DNA of 64,000 bases. Source: the human T2T-CHM13v2.0 reference genome, Homo sapiens. The translations under genes and the position numbers were made by a program. The notes under the pieces are model-generated. The model worked only from the letters and a program-made list of their open reading frames with translations, made no database searches and had not been told where the DNA came from. The DNA lies in NCBI RefSeq assembly GCF_009914755.1, contig NC_060926.1; one strand, written 5' to 3'. Positions 42,373 to 53,665 of the stretch are shown here, one piece after another; position 1 is the stretch's first letter; each line of letters starts with the position of its first letter.

Positions 42373-42800
42373 TGTGATGGTTAATACTGATTGTCAACTT
42401 GATTGGATTGAAGAATGCAAAGTATTGACCCTGGGTGTGTCTGTGAGGGTGTTGCCCAAGGAGATTAGTATTTGAGTCAGTGAGCTGGGAAAGGCAGACC
42501 CACTTTTAATCTGGGCGGGCACAGTCTAATCAGCTGCCAGCACAGCCAGAATAAGAAAGGCAGGCAGAAGAATGTGAAAAGACTAGACTGGCCTCCCAGC
42601 CTCCATCTTTCTCCCATGCTAGATGCTTCCTGTCCTCGAATATCTGACTCCAAGTTCTTCAGCTTTGGGACTCAGACTGGCTTCCTTGCTCCTCAGCTTG
42701 CAGACAGCCTATTGTGAGACCTTGTGATTGTGGGAGTATATATATTGTGTGAAATATATATATTTCCTATTAGTTCTGTCCCTCTAGAGGACCCTAAATA
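42373..42800 (+). mobile_element. MLT2A1 (HERV-L) LTR occupying the 5'-LTR position of a THE1 element
   Basis: tgtgatggttaatactga...cttgattggattgaag...cctctagaggaccct; homologous (inverted) to the HERV-L LTRs at 44583 and 50671. Confidence 0.93.
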
Positions 42801-44582
42801 GATATTGGTACCAGTAGAGTGGGTCACTGCTGTAGATACCCAAAAAATGTGGAAACAACTTTAGAACTGGGTAATGGGCAGGGTCTGGAACAGTTTGGAG
42901 AGCTCAGAAAAAGACAGGAAAATGTGGGAAAGTTTGGAACTTCCTAGACACTCGTTGAGTGGCTTTGCCCAAAATGCTGATAGTGATATGGACAATAATG
43001 TCCAGGCTGAGGTGGTCTCAGATGGAAATGAGGAGCTTGTTGGGAGCTGGAGCAAAGGTGACTCTTGTTATGTTTTAGCAAAGAGACTGGTGGCATTTTG
43101 CCTCTGCCCTACAGATTTGTGGAACTTTGAACTTGAGAGAGATAATTTAGGGTATCTGGCAGAAGAAATTCCTTTTTTGTTGTTTGTTTGTATGAGACAA
43201 AGTCTCGCTCTGTTGCCAGGCTGGAGTGCAGTGGTGCAATCTTGGCTCACTACAACGTCTGACTCCCTGGTTCAAGTGATTCTCCTGCTTCAGCCTCCTG
43301 AGTAGCTGGGATTACAGGCACATGCCACCACACCCAGCCAATTTTTGTATTTTTAGTAGAGATGAAGTTTCACCATGTTGGCCAGGATGGTCTCAATCTC
43401 CTGACCTCGTGATCTGCCCATCTGGCAGAAGAAATTTCTAAGCAGCAAAGCATTCAAGATGTGATTTGGATGCTGTTAAAGGCATTTAATGTTATAAGAG
43501 AAGCAGAGTGTAAAATTTTGGAAAATTTGCAGCCTGACAATGCAATAGAAAAGAAAATTCCATTTTCTACGGAGCAATTCAAGCCAGCTGCATAAATGTG
43601 CATAATTAATGAAGAGTCAATGTTAATTACGAAGATAATGGGGGAAAATGTCTCCATGGCTTGTCAGAGATCTTGGCAGCATCCCCTCCCATCACAGGCC
43701 TGGAGGTTTTGGAGGAAAAAATGGTTTCATGGGCTGGGCCCAGGTTCCCTCTGCTGTGTACAGTCTAATGACTTGGTGTCCTGCATCCCAGCCACTCCAG
43801 TCGTGACTAAAAGAGGTCAAGGTACATCTCAGGCTGTTGCTTCAGAGGGTGGAAGCCCCAAGCCTTGGCAGCTTCCACATGGTGTTGAGCCTGCAGGTGC
43901 ACAGTAGTCAAGAATTGAGGTTTGGAAACCTCTGCCTAGATTTCAGAGGAGGTATGGAAATGCCTGGATTCCCAGGCAGAAGTTTGCTGCAGGGGCAGAG
44001 CCCTCATGGAGAACCTCTGCTAGGGCAGTGCAGAAGGGAAATTTGGGGTCAGAGCCCCCACACACAGTCCCTAGTGGTGTACTGCTTAGTGAAGCTGTGA
44101 GAAGAGGGCCACCATCCTCCAGACCTTAGAATGGTAGATCCACTGACAAGTTGTACAGTGCACCTGGAAAAGTTGCAGATATTCAGCACCAGCCCATGAA
44201 AGCAGCCAGGAGAGGGGCTATATCCTGCAAAGCCACAGGGAAGGAGCTGCCCAAGACCATGGGAACCCACCTCTTGCATAAGGTGACCTAAATGTGAGAC
44301 ATGTAGTCAGAGGAGATCATTTTGAAGCTTTAAGATTTGACTGTTTTGCTGGATTTTGTCTTGCATGGGGCTTGTGGCCTCTTTGTTTTGGCCAATTTCT
44401 CTCACTTGGAATGGCTGTATTTACCCAATGCCTATATCTGCATTCTATTTAGGAAGTAACTAACTTGCTTTTGATTTTACAGGCTCATAGGTGGAAGGGA
44501 CTTTCCTTGTCTTCAATGAGACTTTGGACTGTGGACTTTTGGGTTAATGTTGAAATATTTTAAGACTTTGGGGGACTGTTGT
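42801..44582 (+). mobile_element. THE1 internal sequence (5' and main part; continues at 51114-51177)
   Basis: ttggtaccagtagagtggg...aatgtggaa...ggaaaatgtgggaaagtttggaacttcctaga; MaLR ORF remnant RKMWESLELPR...AEVVSDGNEELVGSWSKG. Confidence 0.93.
43171..43419 (-). mobile_element. 5'-truncated AluSc-like element inside THE1-int
   Basis: tcgctctgttgccaggctgg, gacctcgtgatc; 17-bp TSD atctggcagaagaaatt at 43154-43170 and 43420-43436. Confidence 0.93.
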
Positions 44583-45500
44583 TGTATTAGTCAGTGTTCT
44601 CTAGAGGTACAGAATCAATGGAATATATATATATATATACAAATATGGGAGTTTATTAACTCATATGATCACAAGGTCCTACAATAGGCTGTCTACAGGC
44701 TGAGGTGCAAGGAGAGCCAGTCCAAGTTCCAAAATGGAAGAACTTGGAATCTGATGTTCTAGGGCAGAAAGCATCCAGCATGGGAAAAAGATGTAGGTTG
44801 GGAGGCTGGGCCAGTCTTTCTTTTCACATTTTTCTGTCTACTTATATTCTAGCTGTGCTGGCAGCTGATTACATTTTGCCCACCTAGATAAAGGGTGAGT
44901 CTGCCTTTCCCAGCCCATTGACTCAAATGTTAATCTCCTTGGCAACACCCTCATAGACACACCCAGGATCAATGCTTTTTATCCTTCAAGCCAATCAAAT
45001 TGACGCTCAATATTAACCATCACAGGTCCACTCCTGTCCATTTCAACCCATACACATCTTCGAAGATCATACATAATCTTCAAGTAAAGAGAGTAATAAG
45101 GTCATAATTATGCCTAACATAATACAACTGTCTTTCGTACAACCAGAAATGCAGCAATCCTCAACCCAAATAGTATTACATAAAGTTAACAATACCTAAA
45201 TGCTGATGTGAAGTCAATAAATCTTATGTCACATGATAACAAAGAAAGACAATAAAATGAAGATATTTTCTTAGTACAAGTATATATATGCACAAATACA
45301 TTTTTTAACAAAAGAAGGAGGAAATACTCATGACAATTACAGTCCTCATTTTTGCAGCTGGTCACATGGTTATAGCTGGAATTGATGACTACCTTCTTCT
45401 ACTACTCATTCTGTATTCCCTTTGCCTTCAGCAAGCACCTCAGCAGGTTGTGTGGTTTTTTTTTGTTTGTTTGTTTGTTTGTTTGTTTTTTGTTTTTTCC

Positions 45501-45901
45501 TCACGGAGTGTCCCAAACCTTCATTTCTGAAGGTTCTGCATCATTTGTAGTCCTGCCTGGATTGGGCTGTTGTAGTTTCTCATTGACCTTAATCACAGGG
45601 CATGGTGATACTAAGAGACACCCTAATGGACCTCCTGTATTCCATGCATATTTGTCCTTACCTGAATAAGGAGGTAGTATACTGATTTCATCTTGATAGT
45701 TCTGGTCAGTCACCCCAGCCAACACTGTAACTCCTTCTTAGCCTGTAAACTTAAATGTAGGAGGAACCCAAAGTGTCTAGGTGGCAATCTTAACTTCCAA
45801 TTTAATGGAATTGTTGTTGTGTCTCCTGGTGGCAGCGTTCCTCCCTCTGGAACTAAGACCTCTAGGAGAGCAGAATGTAATGTCATGGGAACAGGAAACA
45901 A
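45501..45901 (-). pseudogene. dut: HERV-L dUTPase remnant
   Basis: LEVLVPEGGTLPPGDTTTIPLNWKLRLPPRHFG and LAGVTDQNYQDEI...WNTGGPLGCLLV; frameshifted; lies downstream of integrase as in ERV-L. Confidence 0.85.
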
Positions 45902-45917
45902 AAATTTTGCTAGTGGA

Positions 45918-48800
45918 TCATGGGGTGATGGTAAGTGGTGCCACTTCTACTTCCATCCCTTGATTCCTGGACCCATGAATACTTGCTATGGGAGAAAGAG
46001 TACCATATGCTGGATGCTGATGCAGAGCATACACAGCCTTCTGGAGAACTTTGCCCCAGCCCTGCAAAGTATTGTCACCTTGTTGGCATTGTAATTGTGA
46101 CTTCAAAAGGCCATTCCACAATTCTATCAATCCAGCTGCCTCAGGATAATGGGGAACATGGTAAGACAATGAATTCCGTGAGCATGAGCCCACTGCCACT
46201 CTTCTTTAGCCATAAAATGAGTGCCTTTGTCAGAGACAATGCTGTGTGGAATACCATGACAGTGGATAAGGCATTTCAAGAGTCCACGGGTGGTAGTCTT
46301 GGCAGAAGCATTGCATGCAGGACAGGCAAACCCATATGTGAAGAAAGTATCCATTCCAGTGAGGACAAACCTCTGCCCTTCCCATGATGGAAGAGGTCCA
46401 ATATAATGAGCCTGCCCCCAGGTAGCTGGCTTATCACCCCAAAGAATGGTGCCATATTGAGGGCTCAGTACTGGTCTCTGCCGCTGGAAAACTGGGCACT
46501 CAGCAGAGGCCATAGTGGGTCTGCTTTGGTGGGTGGAAGTACATGTTGCAGAGCCCATGGGCAACCTCCATCCTTCCCACCATGGCCACTTTGTTAATGG
46601 GCCCATTGGACAGTGACAGGGGTGGCTTGGGAAAGAGGCTGAGTAATGTCCACAGAATGGGTCATCCTATCCACTTGATTATTAAAATCCTCCTCTACTG
46701 AGGTCACCCTGTTGGTGAGCACTCACATGGGATACAAATATCTTCACAGTTTTTGGCCACTCAGAGAGGTCCATCCACATACCTCTCCCCCACATTTATT
46801 TGTCACCAATTTTCCAATCATGCTTCTTCCAAGTCCTTGACCATCCAGCCAAACAATTGGCTACAGCCCATGAATCAGTATATAATCACACATCTGGCCA
46901 TTTTTCCTTCCAGGCAAATTGCACAACCAGATATACTGCTCGAAGTTCTGCCCACTGGGATGATTTCCCTTCACCACTATCCTTCGGGGATGTCCTAGAA
47001 AGAGGCTGTAGTGATGCAGCTGTCCACTTTTGAATGGTGCCTGCATATTGTGCACAGAACCATCTATTAAATAGGTCCTAGTCTTCTCTCCCTCTGTCAT
47101 GGGAAACTTTCCATGAGTCCATCAGTGCAGGTTGTTGGAGAGAAGGCAGGGTGGCCAGAGTGGAGACCATGGACATCGAGCCACTTCCTCATGTAACTTC
47201 CTTGTACTTTCAGGACCTGCTCGAGCCTGATCACATATACACCACTTCCATTAGATGATGGAATGCTGCTGTGCATGACCCACTTTATGGCTAGATGGGT
47301 CAGAAGGCACTCAGTTCATGATAGGCAGTTCAGGTAGCATGGTGACTTGATGGCTCATAGTCAAACATTCAGTTTCCAGCGGAGCCCAGTAACAAGTCAA
47401 GAGCTTTCTCTCAAAAGGAGAATAATCTGCAGAAAATGGCAGGGCTTTGCTCCAAAATCCTAGAGGCCTCCACTGTGATTCACCTATGGGGTCCTGCCAA
47501 ATGCTCCAAACAGCATCCCTATCTGCCATTGACACCTCAAGCACCATTGGATCTGCTGGGTCATATGGCCCAAGTGGCAGAGCAGCAGAACAGCTGCCTG
47601 GACCTGTTGCAGAGCCTTCTGTTCTGGACCCCATTCAAAACTGGCAGCTGTTCAGGTCGCTCAATAAATGGGCCAGAGTAACACTCCCAAATGAGGAATG
47701 TGTTACATCCAAAAATCCAAATAGGCCCACTAAGCATTGTGGCTCTTTCGTGGTTGTAAGATGGGTCAAATGCAGCAACTTATCTTTCACTTTAGAAGGA
47801 ATATCTCAACAGGCCCCACTTCACTGAACCCCTAGAAACTTTACTGAGTTAGAAGGTCCCTGAATTTTAGTTGGATTTATTTCCCATCCTCTGCCATGCA
47901 AATGTCTCACCAACAAGTCCAGTTTGTTTGCTACTTTTTGCTCACTGGATTCAATCAGCATAATGTCATCTGTATAATGGACCAGTGTGATATCTGGCAG
48001 AAGAGGAAAGCAATCAAGGTCTCTCCAAATAAGATTGTGACACAAAGCTGGAGAGTTATATACTCCTGAGGTAACACAGTAAAGGTATAGTGCTGGCCTT
48101 GCCAGCTGAAGGCAAATGGCTTCTGGTGGGCCTTATGGACAGGAATGGAGATCAATGGCTTCATACCAGGTACCAGAAGATGTGTTAATTTGCTCAAGCA
48201 ATGAAAGCACTCTGGTACAGCAACTGCAATTGGAGTCACCACTTGGTTAAGCTTACAATAACCCACTGTCATTCTCCAAGATCCATCTATCTTCTGCACA
48301 GGTCAAATGGGAGAGTTGAATGGGGATGTGGTGGGAATCAACACCCCCATGTGTTTCAAGTCCTTGATGGTGGCACTAATCTCAGCAATCCCTCCAGGGA
48401 TGTGATATTGTTTTTGATTTATTATTTTTCTAGGTAGAGGCAGCTCTAATGGCCTCCATTTGGCCTTTCCCACCATAATATCCCTCACCCTACCAGTCAG
48501 GGAGCCAATGTGGGGTTTCTGCCAGCTGCTAAGTATTTCTATGCCCGTTATACATTCTGGCACTGCATAAATAACTACAGGATGAGTCTGGGGACCCACT
48601 GGACCCACTAGAAGTTGGACCTGAGCTAAAACTCCATTAATTCACTGACCTCAATAAGCCACTATTTAAGTGGCAGACCACAATGACGGTTTGTGTACCC
48701 TGGAATCAACATCAGCTCAGAGACAGTATCCATTGGTCCCCAAAATGTCTGATCATTTTCCTTTCCCCAATGCACAGTTACCCTGATAAAAGGCCAGAGC
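45918..48800 (-). pseudogene. pol: HERV-L pro-pol remnant (protease, RT, RNaseH, integrase) with multiple stops and frameshifts
   Basis: Protease site GPMDTVSEL (~48711-48740); [41 protein letters not shown] (RT); RPLGFWSKAL; YLIDGS (RNaseH); YIGPLP, HGIPHSIVSDKGTHF, YPEAAGLIELWNGLLK (IN). Confidence 0.92.
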
Positions 48801-48849
48801 TTTCCTTGGGGAAGGATGGGAGAAAGATTTACTGCATAAATTGTCGGTA

Positions 48850-50626
48850 ATATAGTATAGTCCTTCCTCTAGGGGACCTGGCCTCCCCTTCATTCAAGGG
48901 GTTCTGGGCTTGTAAACTGACTCATGTCTGGAACTTGATTAAGGGGTCATGATTCTGTTTTTATAATTCAAACTTGTCTTTTGTCAATGCAACCTAGAAG
49001 TTTTCTGCTTATATAAATTAAGTAGGAGTGCAGTAGAATTCCTATCAATTTCATTTCTAGGAACACTGTGATTAATTAGTCAATGCAGAGGTCTACACAA
49101 GTCAGACTATTCTGATTGCCACTTTGCCTCTACTGTCCATTACAGTAGCTATGCCCACGTTGCCTTTGATGGCTCAGTGCTGCCAGTTGGCCCTTGCCAC
49201 CTACAATTATTCTTATTGTATTTAAATTTTGTAGTTGAGTGAGTGTCTGTGGTTCCCATGGTTAGATCTGACATACAGAGAAGAGCAATTACAGGGTTCT
49301 CCAAAGATGCAGGTGCTGCCCTCACAAGTCTATTTCACAAGGCATTGGTCAAGGGTATAGCTTCTGGACCATCCCAGCTGGAATGAATAGGTCTAAAGTG
49401 ACTAATCCACTCCACCATCCCAATGTCCCTAAGCCTTTGGATTCCTTCCTCTATATTAAACCAAGGGAGATCAGGCATTTCCAGCTCACTCACAGTGGGC
49501 CAACTTTTAATCCAAGTTTCAGCTAACCAAAGCAAATAAACTATTCGAACCTTTTTTACCTCCCTGAGATGCAACATTAAATGCAGGGTCTCTACTTAGT
49601 GGGCCCAAATCCATAAATTCAGACTAATTCAATTCTATCTTACTTCTACCATTATCCCACATCCTTAATATCCATTTCCATGCCTATTCTTCAGGTTTCT
49701 GTTTATATAAATCAGAAAACTCAAGCAGTTCTTTCTGAGTGTAAGGCACCTCTTCATGGATCACACTCTCAATCTTATGTTTAGGAGCCCACCAATACTT
49801 TAGTCTAGTTATAGGTCTAGGAGCAAACAGGGGTGTTGGGGGTTGCTCCTGAGGAGAATCAACATTACCTTGCCTGGCAACGGCCTCAGGGGTGACCATC
49901 ACTGTTCCCTCAGGCAGTGCAGGGTGTATCTCCTCAAACAAAGCCGAAAGGCTGACGGAAGCGTGGGCCAGGAAGGGGATGTTGCCACTACTGGGGATGG
50001 GGAAGCTGTTTCTTCTGTCAAAAGAGGTTCATCAGAGTTTACAAACTCAGTGTCCTCAGCTCCATCAGGGTCCTCCCACATGCCCCTATTCCAAGTTGCA
50101 GGGCCCCATTCTTTTCCAATCATTGCCCTCACTTTAACAGTAGACACCTGGAGAGGCTGTGCACGCACCTTTTGTTGCATCAGCCACTCACACAATAAGA
50201 CATTGTGTCTGTTTTTTCCACAATTTTAGCTCTCTCTCTACAGGAGATAAGACTCTCACTCAGGGCAATCTTAGCAGGTTTGAGGCTCAATATCTGCTTC
50301 TGAAGCCAGGAGATAGAATCCTTAAGTTTATCATTTTCTCTCATCACTTTGTCCACTGAACTCAGGAGGAACCAACCAGCTTCGTTATGTTCCTGGGTTC
50401 TCCACATATGGTCAAAGGTATTATGTATAGAGTCACTAAACTCCTTGCCTCTCATGACCGATGAATCAGGAGTGTCAAATGCATTTATTTTGCATAACTC
50501 TCTAAACAGTTCATGCCAAGTACTATCAGTGTTCATACTCTTAAAAGTAGAGTCCTTAGCATTTTTGGGTCTAATCACATTAAGTGGCCAACTCCAGAAG
50601 CCCAAAAACCAATGAAAAAGCTCCAT
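48850..50626 (-). pseudogene. gag: HERV-L gag remnant, fragmented
   Basis: STWHELFRELCKINAFD, VKVRAMIGKEWGPATWNRGMWEDP, WPTVSELEMPDLPW..EEGIQRLRDIGMVEWI. Confidence 0.88.
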
Positions 50627-51177
50627 CCTTAATATTCTATTCCTCTAGAACCACTCCTGGTATCAAAATCTGTATCAGTCAGGGTTCTCTAGAGGCACAG
50701 AATTATATATATATATATTCCATATATATAAAGGAGTTTATTAAGTATTAACTCACATGATCACAAGGTCCAATAGGCTGTCTGCAGGCTGAGGAGCAAG
50801 GAGAGCCAGTCCAAGTCCCAAACTAAGTAACTTGGAGTCTGATGTTCAAGGGCAGGAAGCATCCAGCACAGGTGCAAGATGTAGGCTGGGAGGCTAGACC
50901 AGTCTCTCTTTTCACATTTTTCTGCCTGTTTATATTCTAGCTACATTGGCAGCTGATCTGACTGTGCCTTCCCAGATTTCCGGTGGTTCTGCCTTTTCCA
51001 ACTCACCAACTCAAATGTTAATCTCTTTTGGCAACACCCTCACAGACACATCCAGGATCAATACTTTGCATCCTTCAATCCAATCAAGTTGACATTCAGT
51101 ATTAACCATCATAGTTGGGAAGGCATGATTGGTTTTGAAATGTGAGAACACAAGATTTGGGAGGGGCTGGGGCAGAA

Positions 51178-51529
51178 TGGTATGGTTTGGCTTTGTGTCC
51201 CCATCCAAATCTTATCTTGAATTGTAGCTCCCACATATTCCATATGTTGTGGGAGGGACCCGGTGGGAAATGATTGAATCATGGGGGCAGGTCTTTCCTG
51301 TGCTGTTTTCATGATAGTGAATGAGTCTCAAGAGATCTGATGGTTTTGTAAGGGGGAGTTTCCCTGTACAAGCTCTCTCTTTGCCTGCTGCCATCCATAC
51401 AAGATGTGAGTTGCTTCTGTTTGCTTTCTGCCATGATTGTGAGGCCTCCCCAGCCATATGAAACTTCTTTCTTTTGTAAATTGCCCAGTCTCCAGGTGTT
51501 TATTAGCAGTGTGAAAACGGACTAATACA
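51178..51529 (+). mobile_element. THE1 (A/B-like) 3' LTR, preceded by the THE1-int tail and PPT (51114-51177)
   Basis: gggaggggctggggcagaa|tggtatggtttggc...aaaacggactaataca. Confidence 0.95.
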
Positions 51530-52399
51530 GTAGCCTTGTGTAATGAAACTGGCCGTACCATAACTTAATTTTCTAATTTGTAAGACAGAGATATTCACAT
51601 GTCACATGGAATGCTTAGAATGTGAAATGTGGGGGCATGGGCTCAGCAGAGCCCAGCTGTTGGCATGCCCTTCTGTCCCACTGGCCTCTTCATGGAGGGC
51701 ATTGTGAGGAACCAGTTGATAAGCTCTTCCTTCCAGGTGATGTTTTTAGGTAAGCCAGGGAGCTATTAGAGGTACACTGTCATCTCTGCCTAGAATAAAT
51801 AGTCGTGCTGCAAATTTTAAGTCAGAACAGAAGGGATGTAGGCTCTGCCTGGCATAGCATCATTAGCTGGCTGCCTAGTAAACCTGCCCAATTTCCATGA
51901 ATCTCCACCAGCACTACCCTGATGATGAACTTATTGTGATGGAAGAAAAGGAAGAAAAGAGAAAGAACTGCGTTACTGACAGCACACCATCTGCTTACAC
52001 ATGTCACATGGAGGCTGTGGCGAGGGCTGCAGAGAGAGCTGGCCATGACAGGGTGGTTGTCAACATCAACACAATCAATAACTCTGGTCTGTCTCTTCTC
52101 TGCCAAATGTGCCATCCCTCCAAAATCCTTACTGGTTGTAAAATGTCATCATCATCATTAATGAGCGTGAAGTAAATTACTGATAGAAAAGAAAAGTTTA
52201 ACAAAAGGTAGCATATGACATAATAGTTTCAAATTAAAGGCTGAATATTACTATTTATGAAATCATTTCACAACTGTTTTATGCAACACACTTTCCTGGA
52301 ATGCCATGTCTTTTAGTGAGAAGGTGGCAAAGGAAAGTGGCCCAGTTGATTGGCTTTGATGTAATTGCCTGGTCCTATAGCACAGAGTCAAAATCCCAG

Positions 52400-52580
52400 A
52401 TGCACAATTTAGAAGTTGCATGATACTGAGCAGTTGGCCTACATGAGTGAGGCAAGGCCATAATTTTCTCATCTCTAAACGGAAGTAACAATGCTTGAAG
52501 GTACATTGTGAGGATTACTGAATGCATTGCACTTCAAGCTTGAAGGCCTTGCCTGCCACATAGTGATGGGTCAATGTATG
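52400..52580 (+). mobile_element. MIR fragment
   Basis: ttttctcatctctaaacggaag...ttgtgaggattactga...cctgccacatagtga. Confidence 0.5.
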
Positions 52581-53396
52581 TTTAACATTAGTTATTATTT
52601 TATTAATATTACACTAGAAATACAAGGTATATCAATGTCTATGTGAATTCCAAATATTAGTCACTGCAAAATTGAAGGTCTGTTTTTTTATATATGACAT
52701 AACGAAGGGACATTGTTGACTGTTACCATAATGTGGAATAAATATTTAATTTGATACTAAATCATTCAAGCAATGATTTTATAACTAATTTTGTTGCATT
52801 TTGAGGATTTATTATGTTTTAAATTTATCTTTACTGTATACTCTGCAATGTATGTTATATTTCAGGATTAAAAACAGATGTGAAAAAAATGTTTTGTAGT
52901 ATTAGAATCTGCTTAACAGAGAAAGCCACTTGCCATTCAGCCACTTAACTCAAGGTTGAGTGCGGCTTTTATTCATGAAGCATCGGTGGCTGCTGTTTCT
53001 GCTGGTATCTTACTCTGCCCTTTAGTGGAGGTGATTTTTAATCCACAGCATATTTAATAGAATTTCCACTTTGTTTTGGGAGTTTGTTGAGTCAAATATA
53101 CCAGAATCCCAAAGGAAAGAAGAATTCTACATCAACAATATACCAGGCAAATATTAAATATCTGGGGACAACTGACGTATACACAGCTAGCTCCTATAGG
53201 TTGCTATCAAAGAGTAGCACATGGTTTTTAAACATCTAGTTTCACTATATAATTTATCTCCTGCATGAGAGAGGCAAAACATGTAGCTCAGGATAACCTG
53301 CATAACACGCACACACAAAGCACATCATAATATTTAGCTTCAGCTCTCCACCTGAAGTCATGGATTTTCAAATACCCCAGCCAATGGATAACTCCC

Positions 53397-53665
53397 AGCG
53401 AGGAAGAACATACGATTCCACTTTCACCCATCACTGGAGTTCTAATTACTTTGATTTAATGACTGTGGGATTGTATTTTTTTACTGTTTAGACAGATTCC
53501 TCACTAATACTTAACAGGCAAGAGACATTAAAATCCTGTTTGGTTTGACAGGAGCAGAGTTTAATGTCAGCTGGACTGAATTTGTTTTTCTAAGTTCTAT
53601 TTTTTCAAAAATATCTTTGATTTTTGCTTTAACCAGAATTGTTTAGGAAACAAACTCTGTGCTAT
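53397..53665 (+). repeat. Diverged dispersed element copy B (paralog of 20825-21090)
   Basis: Manual alignment, see copy A. Confidence 0.85.

Larger units (their letters stand above)
44583..51113 (-). mobile_element. Full-length HERV-L provirus: 3' LTR 44583-45024, internal 45025-50670, 5' LTR 50671-51113 (MLT2A1)
   Basis: Two MLT2A1 LTRs; PBS-region gattttgataccaggagtgg follows the 5' LTR; no env; TSD gttgt (44578-44582) / gttgg (51114-51118); THE1-int is colinear across it. Confidence 0.96.

Noticed and set aside
45025-50670. Domesticated or intact HERV-L gene
   Set aside because: The longest fragments are ~160 aa, with many stops and frameshifts and altered catalytic motifs (protease DTV; first integrase Asp apparently His).
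50703-50730. ttccatatatata in the HERV-L 5' LTR equals the VNTR unit at 8.7-9.4 kb
   Set aside because: Low-complexity (TA)n coincidence with no flanking homology.
42373-51113. Inversion between oppositely oriented MLT2A1 LTRs as the explanation for the chimeric element
   Set aside because: THE1-int is colinear across the HERV-L, which keeps its own TSD (gttgt/gttgg); an inversion would break both.
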